64,000 nucleotides of DNA. Source: an uncultured Alphaproteobacteria bacterium. GTDB lineage: Bacteria > Pseudomonadota > Alphaproteobacteria > RF32 > CAG-239. The stretch's first letter is position 1. Each line of letters opens with the position of its first letter. The position numbers were made by a program, and so were the translations under genes. Below are positions 27,947 to 36,516 of the stretch, piece after piece. The notes beneath the pieces are model-generated. The model ran no database searches. It was not told the DNA's origin and worked only from the letters and a program-made list of their open reading frames with translations. Where the stretch lies: positions 35,004 to 99,003 of the forward strand of contig CALXRP010000003.1 of assembly GCA_944390885.1 (NCBI GenBank), in the 5' to 3' direction.

Positions 27947-27959
27947 TCAACCGCTTTGT

Positions 27960-28508
27960 CTAGATGATATATTTACGGCTGATTTCTTTGTATACATCCG
28001 TGCCGGCTTTTTCCAGCCATTCAAAAAAGACCATTTCTGACGTTACGACATCCACCCCGTTACGCATCAGGCGCTGCAAAGCCATAATATTTTGCATAGG
28101 TTTGCGGGACGAACAAGCATTGGCCACAACAAAAACCTCGTATCCGAGCTCTTGTAAATGGAGTGCGGTTTGCAAAATGCAGATATGGGTTTCAATACCG
28201 GCGAGAATAATTTGTTTTTTGCCGTGTTTTTTTATCTCGTCATAAATTCCGCTGTTACAGGCGCAGGAAAACTCGAGTTTTTCATAATAACAAGCCTCAT
28301 CTCCCGCCTCTTTTCGTAAATCGACCATTGTCTGCCCCAGACCTTTGGGATATTGCTCGGTTATGATAAACGGGATTTTCAGCCGTTTGGCGACTCCGAT
28401 TAAATTTGCGCAGCCGTTAATGACTTCCCGCGGATTGTCCATGGCCGGCGCCAGGCGTTCCTGCACGTCAATAATCAGCAAAAGCGAAGCGTCTTTTTTG
28501 ATTAACAT
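27960..28508 (-). CDS. Isochorismatase-family cysteine hydrolase
   Basis: 182 aa. LLIIDVQERLAPAM, and a catalytic Cys in VVANACSSR. Fold-length typical of YcaC-like isochorismatase hydrolases. Confidence 0.8.
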   Translation of the reverse strand: MLIKKDASLLLIIDVQERLAPAMDNPREVINGCANLIGVAKRLKIPFIITEQYPKGLGQTMVDLRKEAGDEACYYEKLEFSCACNSGIYDEIKKHGKKQIILAGIETHICILQTALHLQELGYEVFVVANACSSRKPMQNIMALQRLMRNGVDVVTSEMVFFEWLEKAGTDVYKEISRKYII

Positions 28509-28599
28509 GTTTTTCTCCCATTTAGAAGTTGACTATCCGATATAAACTAAATAATATCTAAAAAATAAAAATTAACCAGAACTTTAAAGAAGAAATAAA

Positions 28600-29397
28600 A
28601 TGAATTTTCGTGATTTAGGATTAAGTGAAAAAACGCTTCAGGCTATTGATGAATTTGGTATTCAGGAGGCAACGACCGTTCAGAGCGACGTTATTCCTTC
28701 TATTTTGCAAGGAAAAGACGTGTTTACCATTGCTCCGCAGGGTTGCGGCAAAACAACTTCTTACGTTTTTCCGCTGATTGATATTATCAGCAACAAAAAA
28801 GCTGACAATATTTTAATTATTACGCCGGATTCCGAACAATCCGTCGTCGTTTCTGACCGGTTGGCCATTTTTAACAAATATCACGAAATCAACGAGGCTA
28901 CCATTAAAGACAAAGACGAAGACATTGACAACGAGGCCAATGTTATTATCGGTTCGCCTGACTTGCTGGTGGAGCTTGCCGATGACGGAAAAATCGATTT
29001 TAGCAAGATATCTATTCTGGTGGTGGATGACATTAATCTGATTAAGAAAAACAAACAGCTTGGAAATTTGGAAAAAATCCTTGAGATCCTGCCGGCGAAC
29101 AAGCAAAATATCGTCTATACCAACCGCCGGTCAAAAGAAACCCAATCTATTTTGGAAAAAATCTTAAAAGCACCGCAAGAGATTAAGGTCGATAAAGACA
29201 AAGAGCAGGAAGCTCAAATGAATGCCCAGGCTAAACCGGCGCAGAAGAAAAATGCATCGCAGCCGCGTTTTGCTCCGGCAAAAGAAGATCCGCAAGCGAT
29301 TGAACTGATGAAAAAATATAACAGTTTTCAAGGAAAAACACCGCAGTTTGTCTTGATTCAGGGTATTGTGGTTGAAACAGACAGTGCTGCAAATTAA
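28600..29397 (+). CDS. Degenerate DEAD-box helicase N-terminal (RecA-like domain 1) protein lacking the helicase C-domain
   Basis: Q-motif (FRDLGLSEKTLQAI...TVQ). Motif I degenerate (APQGCGKT). Motif II DEAD replaced by VVDD. No domain 2; instead a K/Q/A-rich C-terminal tail. Confidence 0.55.
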   Translation: MNFRDLGLSEKTLQAIDEFGIQEATTVQSDVIPSILQGKDVFTIAPQGCGKTTSYVFPLIDIISNKKADNILIITPDSEQSVVVSDRLAIFNKYHEINEATIKDKDEDIDNEANVIIGSPDLLVELADDGKIDFSKISILVVDDINLIKKNKQLGNLEKILEILPANKQNIVYTNRRSKETQSILEKILKAPQEIKVDKDKEQEAQMNAQAKPAQKKNASQPRFAPAKEDPQAIELMKKYNSFQGKTPQFVLIQGIVVETDSAAN

Positions 29398-29456
29398 AAA
29401 AAATAAAAAACCCGTTCTAAAAAATTAAGAGCGGATTTTTGTTTTTGGCCAGACGG

Positions 29457-29864
29457 CTATTTATCTTCCGGAACCGTGCCGATTTCATCAAAGACCAGCG
29501 TTTGGCCTTCCGTGGTTTCAATGGTCAGTTTTTTGCCGTCTAATTTATAAGATTTTACGGTGCCGAGGGCGCGAAGATATTTTTGCTCGGCTTCCATCAT
29601 TTCTTTCGGGCCAGCCATCATGGTTGAACCGGCCGGGCCGAACACCAGGTTACCACCGTCTAACGTATAATTTCCGAAATAACGGTTGACAGCAGATTTT
29701 CCGAAGTAGCGCGGTTTATCGGCAGCAAAACCCAATGTGATTTCGACACCAGGTTCCGTGCCCGTCAATTTGTATTCTTTGCCGGTGAAAGTTTCGGGTG
29801 TTGTTTTGCTGCAGGCTGCGGCCATAAAGATTGTGCCAAGCATCAGGCTTAACAGTTTTTTCAT
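29457..29864 (-). CDS. HslJ/META-domain lipoprotein
   Basis: Start at ATG 29862-29864 (RBS aaggag). MKKLLSLMLGTIFMAAACS lipobox. The body (KEYKLTG...YFGKSAVNRYFGNYTLDGGNLVFGPAGSTMMAGP...YLRAL...KSYKLDGKKLTI) matches the META/HslJ pattern. The ORF-track extension to 30053 is unlikely. Confidence 0.55.
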   Translation of the reverse strand: MKKLLSLMLGTIFMAAACSKTTPETFTGKEYKLTGTEPGVEITLGFAADKPRYFGKSAVNRYFGNYTLDGGNLVFGPAGSTMMAGPKEMMEAEQKYLRALGTVKSYKLDGKKLTIETTEGQTLVFDEIGTVPEDK

Positions 29865-30163
29865 TTTATTCTCCTTATTGTTTTTATTTGTGAAAGAATC
29901 GCAAAACGCTTTTGAAAATCTAAGATTTTTTGAGTTTTTCACGTTCTTCCTGCTGTTTTTTGCGTTTTTCAAGATTTTTCCGCAAAGCGGCGGCTTCTCG
30001 CTCAAAGCGTTGCTCTTTGCGGGTTTTGGAAAGTTTTTGGTCTTTATTTTCAAGTTTTTCAGACATATTTTTTTCTCTTTATAAAAAAAATTATGTATTT
30101 AGCATAATTCATACTTGATTTTATTTAAATGTTTATGTATGTTTCATTCACAGAATAACGAAC

Positions 30164-30238
30164 GCCGCTATAGCTCAGTGGTAGAGCACACCCTTGGTAA
30201 GGGTGGGGTCGTAAGTCCGATTCTTACTAGCGGCACCA
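30164..30238 (+). tRNA. tRNA-Thr (anticodon GGU)
   Basis: 75-nt cloverleaf. Acceptor gccgcta/tagcggc, D-arm gctc-agtggta-gagc, anticodon stem caccc/gggtg with loop ttGGTaa, T-arm gtaag-tccgatt-cttac, discriminator A, encoded CCA. Confidence 0.85.
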
Positions 30239-30961
30239 TTTATCAGTTTCTGGCGTTTTTAGTAGTTCATCGAATGGCTTAACTATTGAAAACGCTATAT
30301 TTTTTCCTTCAGTTTTGCAGTCCGATAATATTAATTTCAAAATGTCTCTTTTTTCAGAAATAATCGGACTTTTTAAGAATTTTCCTACATTTGCAGCTAT
30401 TTCCGCGATATTTGCTAGTATTTCATCAGTTTCAGCATCAATCTCAAGGTATTTATCCATATCTTTTTGTAGTTTTTCTTTTTCCATTTCAATTTCAGTT
30501 TTTAATTCATTATACATTTTTTCATCGCATTTGCCTCTCATATAGCCACGAAACAAGGTTTTGAGCTGTTCATCTAATTGATTTATCTTGAGAGTAATAT
30601 CACGTTTGAGAGTCGCTGTATTTACTCTTTCTTCTTTAAGCTGCTTTTTGACTTCGGCTTTAATATTTTTTAGCATATCGTCACTAACGGCAAGAGGTAA
30701 CGACAATTCTTTTTCAAGCTGGGCGAGGATTTTGGCTTCATTTAATGGTTTCTGACTGCATTTTGAACGTAATTTGTTGCATTTGAGATAATTATAAGAG
30801 TGTTTGTCATCTTTTACTTTGGTTTCACAAGTCATCAAGCTGCCGCAACAACCACATCTGACTAAACCGGTAACCTTCTTTCCGGCATAATCTTTCAACC
30901 CGTCCCATATAATCGGCAGAGGTGCTTGCGCTGTAATTATTTTCCAAAAGCCAGTTTTCAA
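30227..30961 (-). pseudogene. C-terminal remnant of a large serine recombinase (zinc-ribbon and coiled-coil region); no catalytic resolvase domain
   Basis: CGCCGSLMTCETKVKDDKHSYNYLKCNKLRSKCSQK resembles a recombinase zinc-beta-ribbon, followed by a long coiled coil (EQLKTLFRGYMRGKCDEKMYNELKTEIEMEKEKLQKDMDKYLE). There is no N-terminal catalytic Ser domain. Its 3' end overlaps the tRNA-Thr 3' end by 12 nt. Confidence 0.5.
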
Positions 30962-31404
30962 AATTCTTTAACATCTCAAATCTCCTTTATACCAAATTAG
31001 CCAATCAATACCGGTTCAGAAAACACAGCCACCATAACCCGCTGCAATCTTTTACACTCAGCCATGCAATCGCTAAAATATTGATAAGGTGTTGGAAGAA
31101 TTGTGTCATTAAGTTTTACATACCACATAGTTTTTTCCTTTCATAAATAGTGTTTTGCTCATTAACTATTTATATTATGCGGTATATTTTCCCATCCGCG
31201 AGCCCCTAAAACGCTAGTTGCCAACGACATTTTGCTACGATTTGGACGGGATTACTAAGGAACGGACAAAAATCCTTTAACTTTTCGGTAAATCAGAAAA
31301 GAAGTTTTGTATAAATGATGTTTTTGATGTGATATATTAATTTGTCCAAGCCTGAAATAAAAGTACTAAAACAAAAATTTCAATATTAAGGACTATGTAT
31401 TCCT

Positions 31405-32397
31405 CTATATTAAATCTGCATAAGGCAATGATTTGATATAGTCTTCCATATATTGCCAATCAGGATCACCCTTTTGCGTTATTGGCAAACGAATAGTCTC
31501 ATTACAAAATTTATTATAAAAAGCTTTTCTGCCAAATTGAAATTTATACTTATTTTTCTTCATAATTGTTGTTATAAACAATGCATTATATTTATTTAGT
31601 TTCTCGTTATGGAAACAGTATATTTCATCTGATGCTGTAAATTCATTTTCTACATAAAAAGCAGATGCAAATGTATTATATACTATGCAATTTTTTTCTA
31701 TAAAAAGAGGATTGCTAATCTGATCTGTTTGGCTATTGTTAAATTCGGAAGCTGAATAATAATCAATATCGCCACTAATTCGATCTTCAGCAATTAATCG
31801 TTGCCCATGTGTTATTCGTGTCCATAGTTTTTTATCTATAAAGGAAAATTCGCCCCATTTTTTTATATCTTTATAGCAAGTTGATATGTTTAAAGTTTCA
31901 ATAGGATTAAATTTTACATTTTTTGTTATATTATTTGTATAATTCTCCATATAATTCCAATCAGGAGCATTGTTTTTATCTACAGGAAGAAGGATATTTT
32001 CTCTTTCCAATCTACTATTACTTATCTCTCTTCCAAAATTATACTTATAACGTATTTTTTCAAAAACTGGCTTAAGATATAGAGCTATATTTTTTGTTAA
32101 CATTCTACCTTTAGGCCAAAAAACCGTAACATGATCGGATGCTATAAAATTATAATTATGATAAAAAAGATATCCGACACTACCACTATTGCTAATTGTT
32201 AAGCAATTATTATAGACAATTACTTTAGCTCCTTTTTTTGTTGTTAAAGGGGGTGCTACATAGTCATTAATGCCATTATTATCTTTAGAGGAAGAAACAT
32301 AAGGAATATCTCCTATAATATGCTCATCTTCTGTAAAGCGAACACCTCTTTTATAATCAAAAACCTCAGAAAAAGGAAAATATTTAAATTGCTTCAT
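31405..32397 (-). CDS. Restriction-modification specificity subunit with two tandem target-recognition domains (BcgIB-like)
   Basis: 330 aa. Two homologous halves each end ...FGR...LP....G.PDWxYMExY (NFGREISNSRLERENILLPVDKNNAPDWNYMENY and QFGRKAFYNKFCNETIRLPITQKGDPDWQYMEDY). 14-nt overlap with the upstream methylase-nuclease gene. Very AT-rich. Confidence 0.5.
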   Translation of the reverse strand: MKQFKYFPFSEVFDYKRGVRFTEDEHIIGDIPYVSSSKDNNGINDYVAPPLTTKKGAKVIVYNNCLTISNSGSVGYLFYHNYNFIASDHVTVFWPKGRMLTKNIALYLKPVFEKIRYKYNFGREISNSRLERENILLPVDKNNAPDWNYMENYTNNITKNVKFNPIETLNISTCYKDIKKWGEFSFIDKKLWTRITHGQRLIAEDRISGDIDYYSASEFNNSQTDQISNPLFIEKNCIVYNTFASAFYVENEFTASDEIYCFHNEKLNKYNALFITTIMKKNKYKFQFGRKAFYNKFCNETIRLPITQKGDPDWQYMEDYIKSLPYADLI

Positions 32398-34345
32398 TTT
32401 TATTTTCCTTATAATATGCGCTCAGAATATCAAGCATTTCGGCCTCTGACTTTTCTTCAAATAATATACCGATGTCTTTTTTAGCCTCAAATATCATATA
32501 TTCACGCACAGAATTAATAAAATCCTGTTCAGATAAATTAGAATAATCTGTTTTACTATGTGCATAAATAGTCCACTCATCTTTGGGTTTGATTTTTGTT
32601 TTTACATATATGATATCATCTGGTTTTTCACCATTATTTGTTCCTCTTATTATAGATAATAATTTTTTTTCAATGCTATTCCATTTATTGTAGATATCTG
32701 TTCTGCCTTTATTTTTAGCAAGAACAAAGCCATCGTCTCGCAAATCATAAAAAATTACTTCATCATTATTATAATCAAATGCCCTATTGGTTTCAAAAAT
32801 AGCTATAGCTGTATGAGTAGAAGCATTTGGTTGGAATAAATCCTTTGGCATATTTATTACTGCTTTTAATGTATGTTTTTTTAAGATGTTATCACGAATA
32901 GCTTCATCTTTAAAATACATACTTAGAGGAGCAATAACTATCCCATAACGAGAACAATTATCTAATAACTTTGTTAAAAATGTTATTTCCTTCGGTGTTG
33001 GATCTTCTTTATTTTCCTTGCCGCTGTAAGGAGGATTAATAAAACCAATAGTAGCTTTAAATTCATCTAGCTTTTCTTGTGCTCTACAATCTTTTATCGA
33101 ATCATAATTGTAAATAGATGATTTTCCATCGCCTCTAAACATCATACTTGATATAGCACATATATACATAGTAGGATTTATTTCAAAGCCAAGTAACTGT
33201 GTCTGTTTTACATTAGCAATGGCTTCTTGTTTATCTGTTCTATTGCTTTTTTCAATTTTATTTATAATAGCATTCATCCCAGCAATCAAAAAAGCTCCTG
33301 TTCCACAACATAAATCTACTATTTTATCATTTTCTTTCAAATCGATTAGTTTAGTGAAAAGGGTTGTAATATGGCGAGGAGTCAAAACAATACCTTTTTT
33401 TACATTAGAAACACCTGCATATTTTAAAAATTCTTCATAAAACCTTCCAATAATATCATAATTTGAAGATTTAGCAAAATTACCAGTAAGTAAAGGAATA
33501 ACATTATTTTTTAGTTCATCCAGAATCTGTTTTAAAATATCACTTGTTCTTAATGTAACATCCGTTTTCAAAAATGCTAATTCAGTATCTAATACTTCTA
33601 GCTTTTCAGCCGGAATTCCTTCGTTTTTTAAAACACGAGGAGCTTGAAGTAAGATATTATCCGCTAATGTGGTTGTATCCATAGTGCTATAAGTTGCGGA
33701 GAAAGATCCTGTATTTTTATTATGAAGACATATCATCAAAGCAGACAATAAAATTGGTCTTTTTTGCGAATCTATAGATCTAAGAAGATTATTTATTTTT
33801 TTACTTGAGGAACTTATTTTTGTAACAGCCTCTTCTTCATTCAAACTATTGAATAAAGCTAAAAAAGAGTCTTTATTTACAAAATTCGTAATCTGAGGAA
33901 CAGAAATAATCTTTTGCTCTCTATTGTCTAGCATAAAACAACTAAATTTATATTGATATTCTTTTAATAAATCCCCACTTACAGCAATACCTAAAATTCT
34001 CCATGATTTAAAAACATTTTTTTGAGAATTGTCTAAATTATTTTCTTGAAAACGACTTAAATACCATTTAATGCCACTTACAGCACCCTTTTCTATATCT
34101 TCTAAATCATGTTCTTTCATTGTGGGCTTTTCTTCAACAAGAATAAGCAGCTTATTCTTTCCATCGCAATAAATTCTATCCGGATAACCTTCACGCCCTG
34201 TTTGTCTCTTTGATGAGCAAGATAAAACTTTCTTAATATCATCAGTTAATTTGCTTTTAGAATCATCCCAATCCGCAACATTATATCCTAAATTCTGCAA
34301 AACAGTTGTAACAGATGGTGTTATATTCTTATCTTTCCTTGCCAT
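32384..34345 (-). CDS. Fused PD-ExK nuclease plus gamma-class N6-adenine DNA methyltransferase (BcgIA-like Type IIB R-M subunit)
   Basis: 653 aa. Putative PD-ExK near the N-terminus (YPDRIYCDGKNKLLILVEEKP). SAM motif I VDLCCGTGAFL precedes catalytic motif IV FINPPYSG, the gamma-class order. No hsdR in the vicinity. Size and gene order match BcgIA (637 aa)/BcgIB (341 aa). Confidence 0.6.
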   Translation of the reverse strand: MARKDKNITPSVTTVLQNLGYNVADWDDSKSKLTDDIKKVLSCSSKRQTGREGYPDRIYCDGKNKLLILVEEKPTMKEHDLEDIEKGAVSGIKWYLSRFQENNLDNSQKNVFKSWRILGIAVSGDLLKEYQYKFSCFMLDNREQKIISVPQITNFVNKDSFLALFNSLNEEEAVTKISSSSKKINNLLRSIDSQKRPILLSALMICLHNKNTGSFSATYSTMDTTTLADNILLQAPRVLKNEGIPAEKLEVLDTELAFLKTDVTLRTSDILKQILDELKNNVIPLLTGNFAKSSNYDIIGRFYEEFLKYAGVSNVKKGIVLTPRHITTLFTKLIDLKENDKIVDLCCGTGAFLIAGMNAIINKIEKSNRTDKQEAIANVKQTQLLGFEINPTMYICAISSMMFRGDGKSSIYNYDSIKDCRAQEKLDEFKATIGFINPPYSGKENKEDPTPKEITFLTKLLDNCSRYGIVIAPLSMYFKDEAIRDNILKKHTLKAVINMPKDLFQPNASTHTAIAIFETNRAFDYNNDEVIFYDLRDDGFVLAKNKGRTDIYNKWNSIEKKLLSIIRGTNNGEKPDDIIYVKTKIKPKDEWTIYAHSKTDYSNLSEQDFINSVREYMIFEAKKDIGILFEEKSEAEMLDILSAYYKENKNEAI

Positions 34346-34479
34346 AATATTTCCCCGTATAACTATATTTTTATAGTTATACTAATTTTTACACAATAAT
34401 ATAAAAATTTAGTTAATATTAACATTAATTTAATCTTTAGCCATTAACGACATCAAACAACGACTCGTTAAAAAGCTCA

Positions 34480-34590
34480 ACTTTTCTTATTAACCGCTTA
34501 AATTCATCATAATTTTCAGTCCGATAACTGCACAGTATCGCGCACCATTTATTGAAATTCCGCATCTATTGCGGATTTTTTGTTTTTAAA
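34480..34590. repeat. Cassette-flanking repeat, copy 1 (between the R-M genes and GNAT)
   Basis: cttttcttattaaccgcttaaattcatcataattttcagtccgataactgcacag...ttccgcatctattgcggatttttt. It ends in a hairpin plus T-run (ccgcatctattgcgg tttttt). Confidence 0.5.
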
Positions 34591-34764
34591 CAAAAGATTA
34601 TTTAGTCCGATTTTTGAGGTTTTGAAAAGAGCAATTTTGATAAATTGATATGAAATTTCAATTTTATTAGTAATTGATTATTAAGGGAAGGCTTGCAAAA
34701 TAGATCTTATTTGCTAGACTTAAATTATTCTGTTTTTTAATTAGGACTTATTGGGAAAATAGAC

Positions 34765-35301
34765 ATGGAATTAAATTCTGAATATTTAACAGAAAGATTA
34801 GAAATTAGGATTTTAGAAGCTCATTTTGATCTTGCTAAAAAATTGCTCAATTATGTTAAAAAGAATCAAGAGCATTTTTATTTTATGTATGGTTTTGTTG
34901 ATTATGATTCTGTGGAGGAAATGTATGATTTTCTAAAAAGAAGAAAGTTAACAAATAATCCTTTTTATGGTCTTTTTTTGAAAGGATCGGATGAATTAAT
35001 CGGTTCTATTTCAATGACCGGATATGATAAAAAAAACGGCAAAGCTGAAATTGGATATACATTGGATAAAAATTTTGTTCATCAAGGTTATATGACTGAA
35101 GCTGTTACTTTTTTTGCAGAAGAGGTGATGCGTCAGGGATGTCGCAAGTTGATTGCATATATTGATATTGAAAATGTAGATAGTCAAAAAGTTTGTGAAA
35201 GATGTGGATTTATTAAAGAGGCTAGGTTAATTAAAGAAAAATTTGATCGACATAAGAGTGAATTTGTTGATATTTGTCTTTATTGTAAGTTTGCCTCTTA
35301 A
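34765..35301 (+). CDS. GNAT-family N-acetyltransferase (RimJ/RimL-like)
   Basis: 178 aa. LEIRILEAHFDLAKKLLNYV..., motif A region IGSISMTGYDKKNGKAEIGYTLDKNFVHQGYMTEAVTFF, then RQGCRKLIAYIDIENVDSQKVCERCGF. Confidence 0.75.
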   Translation: MELNSEYLTERLEIRILEAHFDLAKKLLNYVKKNQEHFYFMYGFVDYDSVEEMYDFLKRRKLTNNPFYGLFLKGSDELIGSISMTGYDKKNGKAEIGYTLDKNFVHQGYMTEAVTFFAEEVMRQGCRKLIAYIDIENVDSQKVCERCGFIKEARLIKEKFDRHKSEFVDICLYCKFAS

Positions 35302-35329
35302 TAAACTCTCATAGCAAATTTTGCTTAAG

Positions 35330-35392
35330 AGGATTCATTTTCATATTCACCAGTCCCGATAACTGCACAGAAAAAGTGCAGCATTTAACACA
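35330..35392. repeat. Cassette-flanking repeat, copy 2 (short form)
   Basis: cagtcccgataactgcacagaaaaagtgcagcatttaacac shares the core with copies 1 and 3. Contains a perfect hairpin ctgcac-agaaaaa-gtgcag. Confidence 0.45.
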
Positions 35393-35427
35393 AAACCTTC
35401 TGATAGGGGGCTGATGTTGGAACGGAC

Positions 35428-36036
35428 TTATAATAGTTTGTGAATATCATATTCATCATAGCCTTCATAATAATAACTGACATTAATGCCTTTCATAAAG
35501 ATTTCTCGTTCATCAATTTTATCTGTCAGAGCATTTTTTAGGAGATGTTTTATTTCAATATCTTTAACAGGGCTTCTTTCCATTGCTGATAAATAATCTT
35601 CTTTATCAATTTTATTCCAATCAACAACTTTTTTAATTTCTTTCTTAAAGATTAAATCCAGCCAAATTCTTGTTGCGCGGCCGTTTCCTTCCCGGAAAGG
35701 ATGGGCAATATTCATTTCAACATATTTTTCAACAATTTCATCAAAAGTTGATTGAGGCATTTTATCTATATGTTTTAGGGCTTGCTCCAAATACATCACC
35801 GGAGCAAATCTGAAGTTGCCTTTTGATATGTTAACATCACGCATTTTTCCGGCAAAACCATAAATGTCTTCAAACAAATACTTATGAATCTGTTTTAATC
35901 CGGCAAATGTGCCTACTTTTATCTGATTGATTTTGCCACTATCAAAAAACTTTTTAGCCTTTTCTTTACTGAGTTTTTCTTCAATCTTATTCAATTCAAT
36001 TTGATTGGTAATATTCAATTTATTTTCTAAAACCAT
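35428..36036 (-). CDS. Class III Fic-family AMPylator (Fic motif plus C-terminal auto-inhibitory helix)
   Basis: Fic motif [12 protein letters not shown] (HxFx[DE]GNGRxxR). C-terminal [12 protein letters not shown] contains the [ST]xxxE[GN] inhibitory motif (S-YYY-E-G). About 200 aa, like the self-contained NmFic type. The start is likely an internal Met (MVLENK); the track starts at 36048. Confidence 0.75.
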   Translation of the reverse strand: MVLENKLNITNQIELNKIEEKLSKEKAKKFFDSGKINQIKVGTFAGLKQIHKYLFEDIYGFAGKMRDVNISKGNFRFAPVMYLEQALKHIDKMPQSTFDEIVEKYVEMNIAHPFREGNGRATRIWLDLIFKKEIKKVVDWNKIDKEDYLSAMERSPVKDIEIKHLLKNALTDKIDEREIFMKGINVSYYYEGYDEYDIHKLL

Positions 36037-36162
36037 TATAAAAATCATCTTTCATAAAAAATGCATTATATTTTGATAATAATATAAAATTGCTAAAATT
36101 TACATAATAAAATCAAATTGCCAACACTTCAGATTGTTGTTCCAAGCTATCTTCCAATGACT

Positions 36163-36270
36163 CCATTTTCTTGTTAATTGTTTAAGTTCATCATAAAATT
36201 CAGTCTGATAAACTACACAGCAAAAGCACAGCATTTTTTAAGATTTCCGCATTTATTACAGATTATTTGA
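36163..36270. repeat. Cassette-flanking repeat, copy 3
   Basis: ttttcttgttaattgtttaagttcatcataaaattcagtctgataaactacacagcaaaagcacagcattttttaagatttccgcatttattacagattatttg is about 80% identical to copy 1 over about 100 nt. ORF 36275..36514 next to it is probably spurious. Confidence 0.5.
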
Positions 36271-36516
36271 CTTTTTGATGTTTTTTAAGAACTCTGTAAA
36301 ATCTTTCGTTTGCTCAGGAGTAACATTTTTGTTTTCATATTTTTCCGGCGGGAAAAAGTATGTCCCTTGGGTCGGTTCCGGTCTAAATTACCTAAATAAA
36401 CGGACTTTTTATCATCCAACAGCAACATTTTGTGCTCAGTATTCTTTTTTTGCTTTTAATTTTTATATAATAAATTTATGCTGTGGGCATGGTCTTAACA
36501 ATTACGGAGGATAATT

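Noticed and set aside
32384-34345. Type I R-M (hsdM/hsdS) interpretation
   Set aside because: No hsdR anywhere in the window. The M-like protein carries its own N-terminal PD-ExK-like region. The S-like protein lacks the long conserved coiled-coil spacer regions. Sizes and order fit a BcgI-like Type IIB system better.
34346-36270. Calling the repeat-flanked GNAT/Fic genes a bona fide integron
   Set aside because: No intI integrase or attI/Pc is visible. The repeats lack clear R'' RYYYAAC and R' GTTRRRY cores. This is kept only as a cassette-like arrangement in the findings.
36275-36514. 79-aa ORF 36275..36514
   Set aside because: It overlaps repeat copy 3, has odd composition and no RBS, and the real downstream gene has a strong RBS at 36505. 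It is likely spurious.
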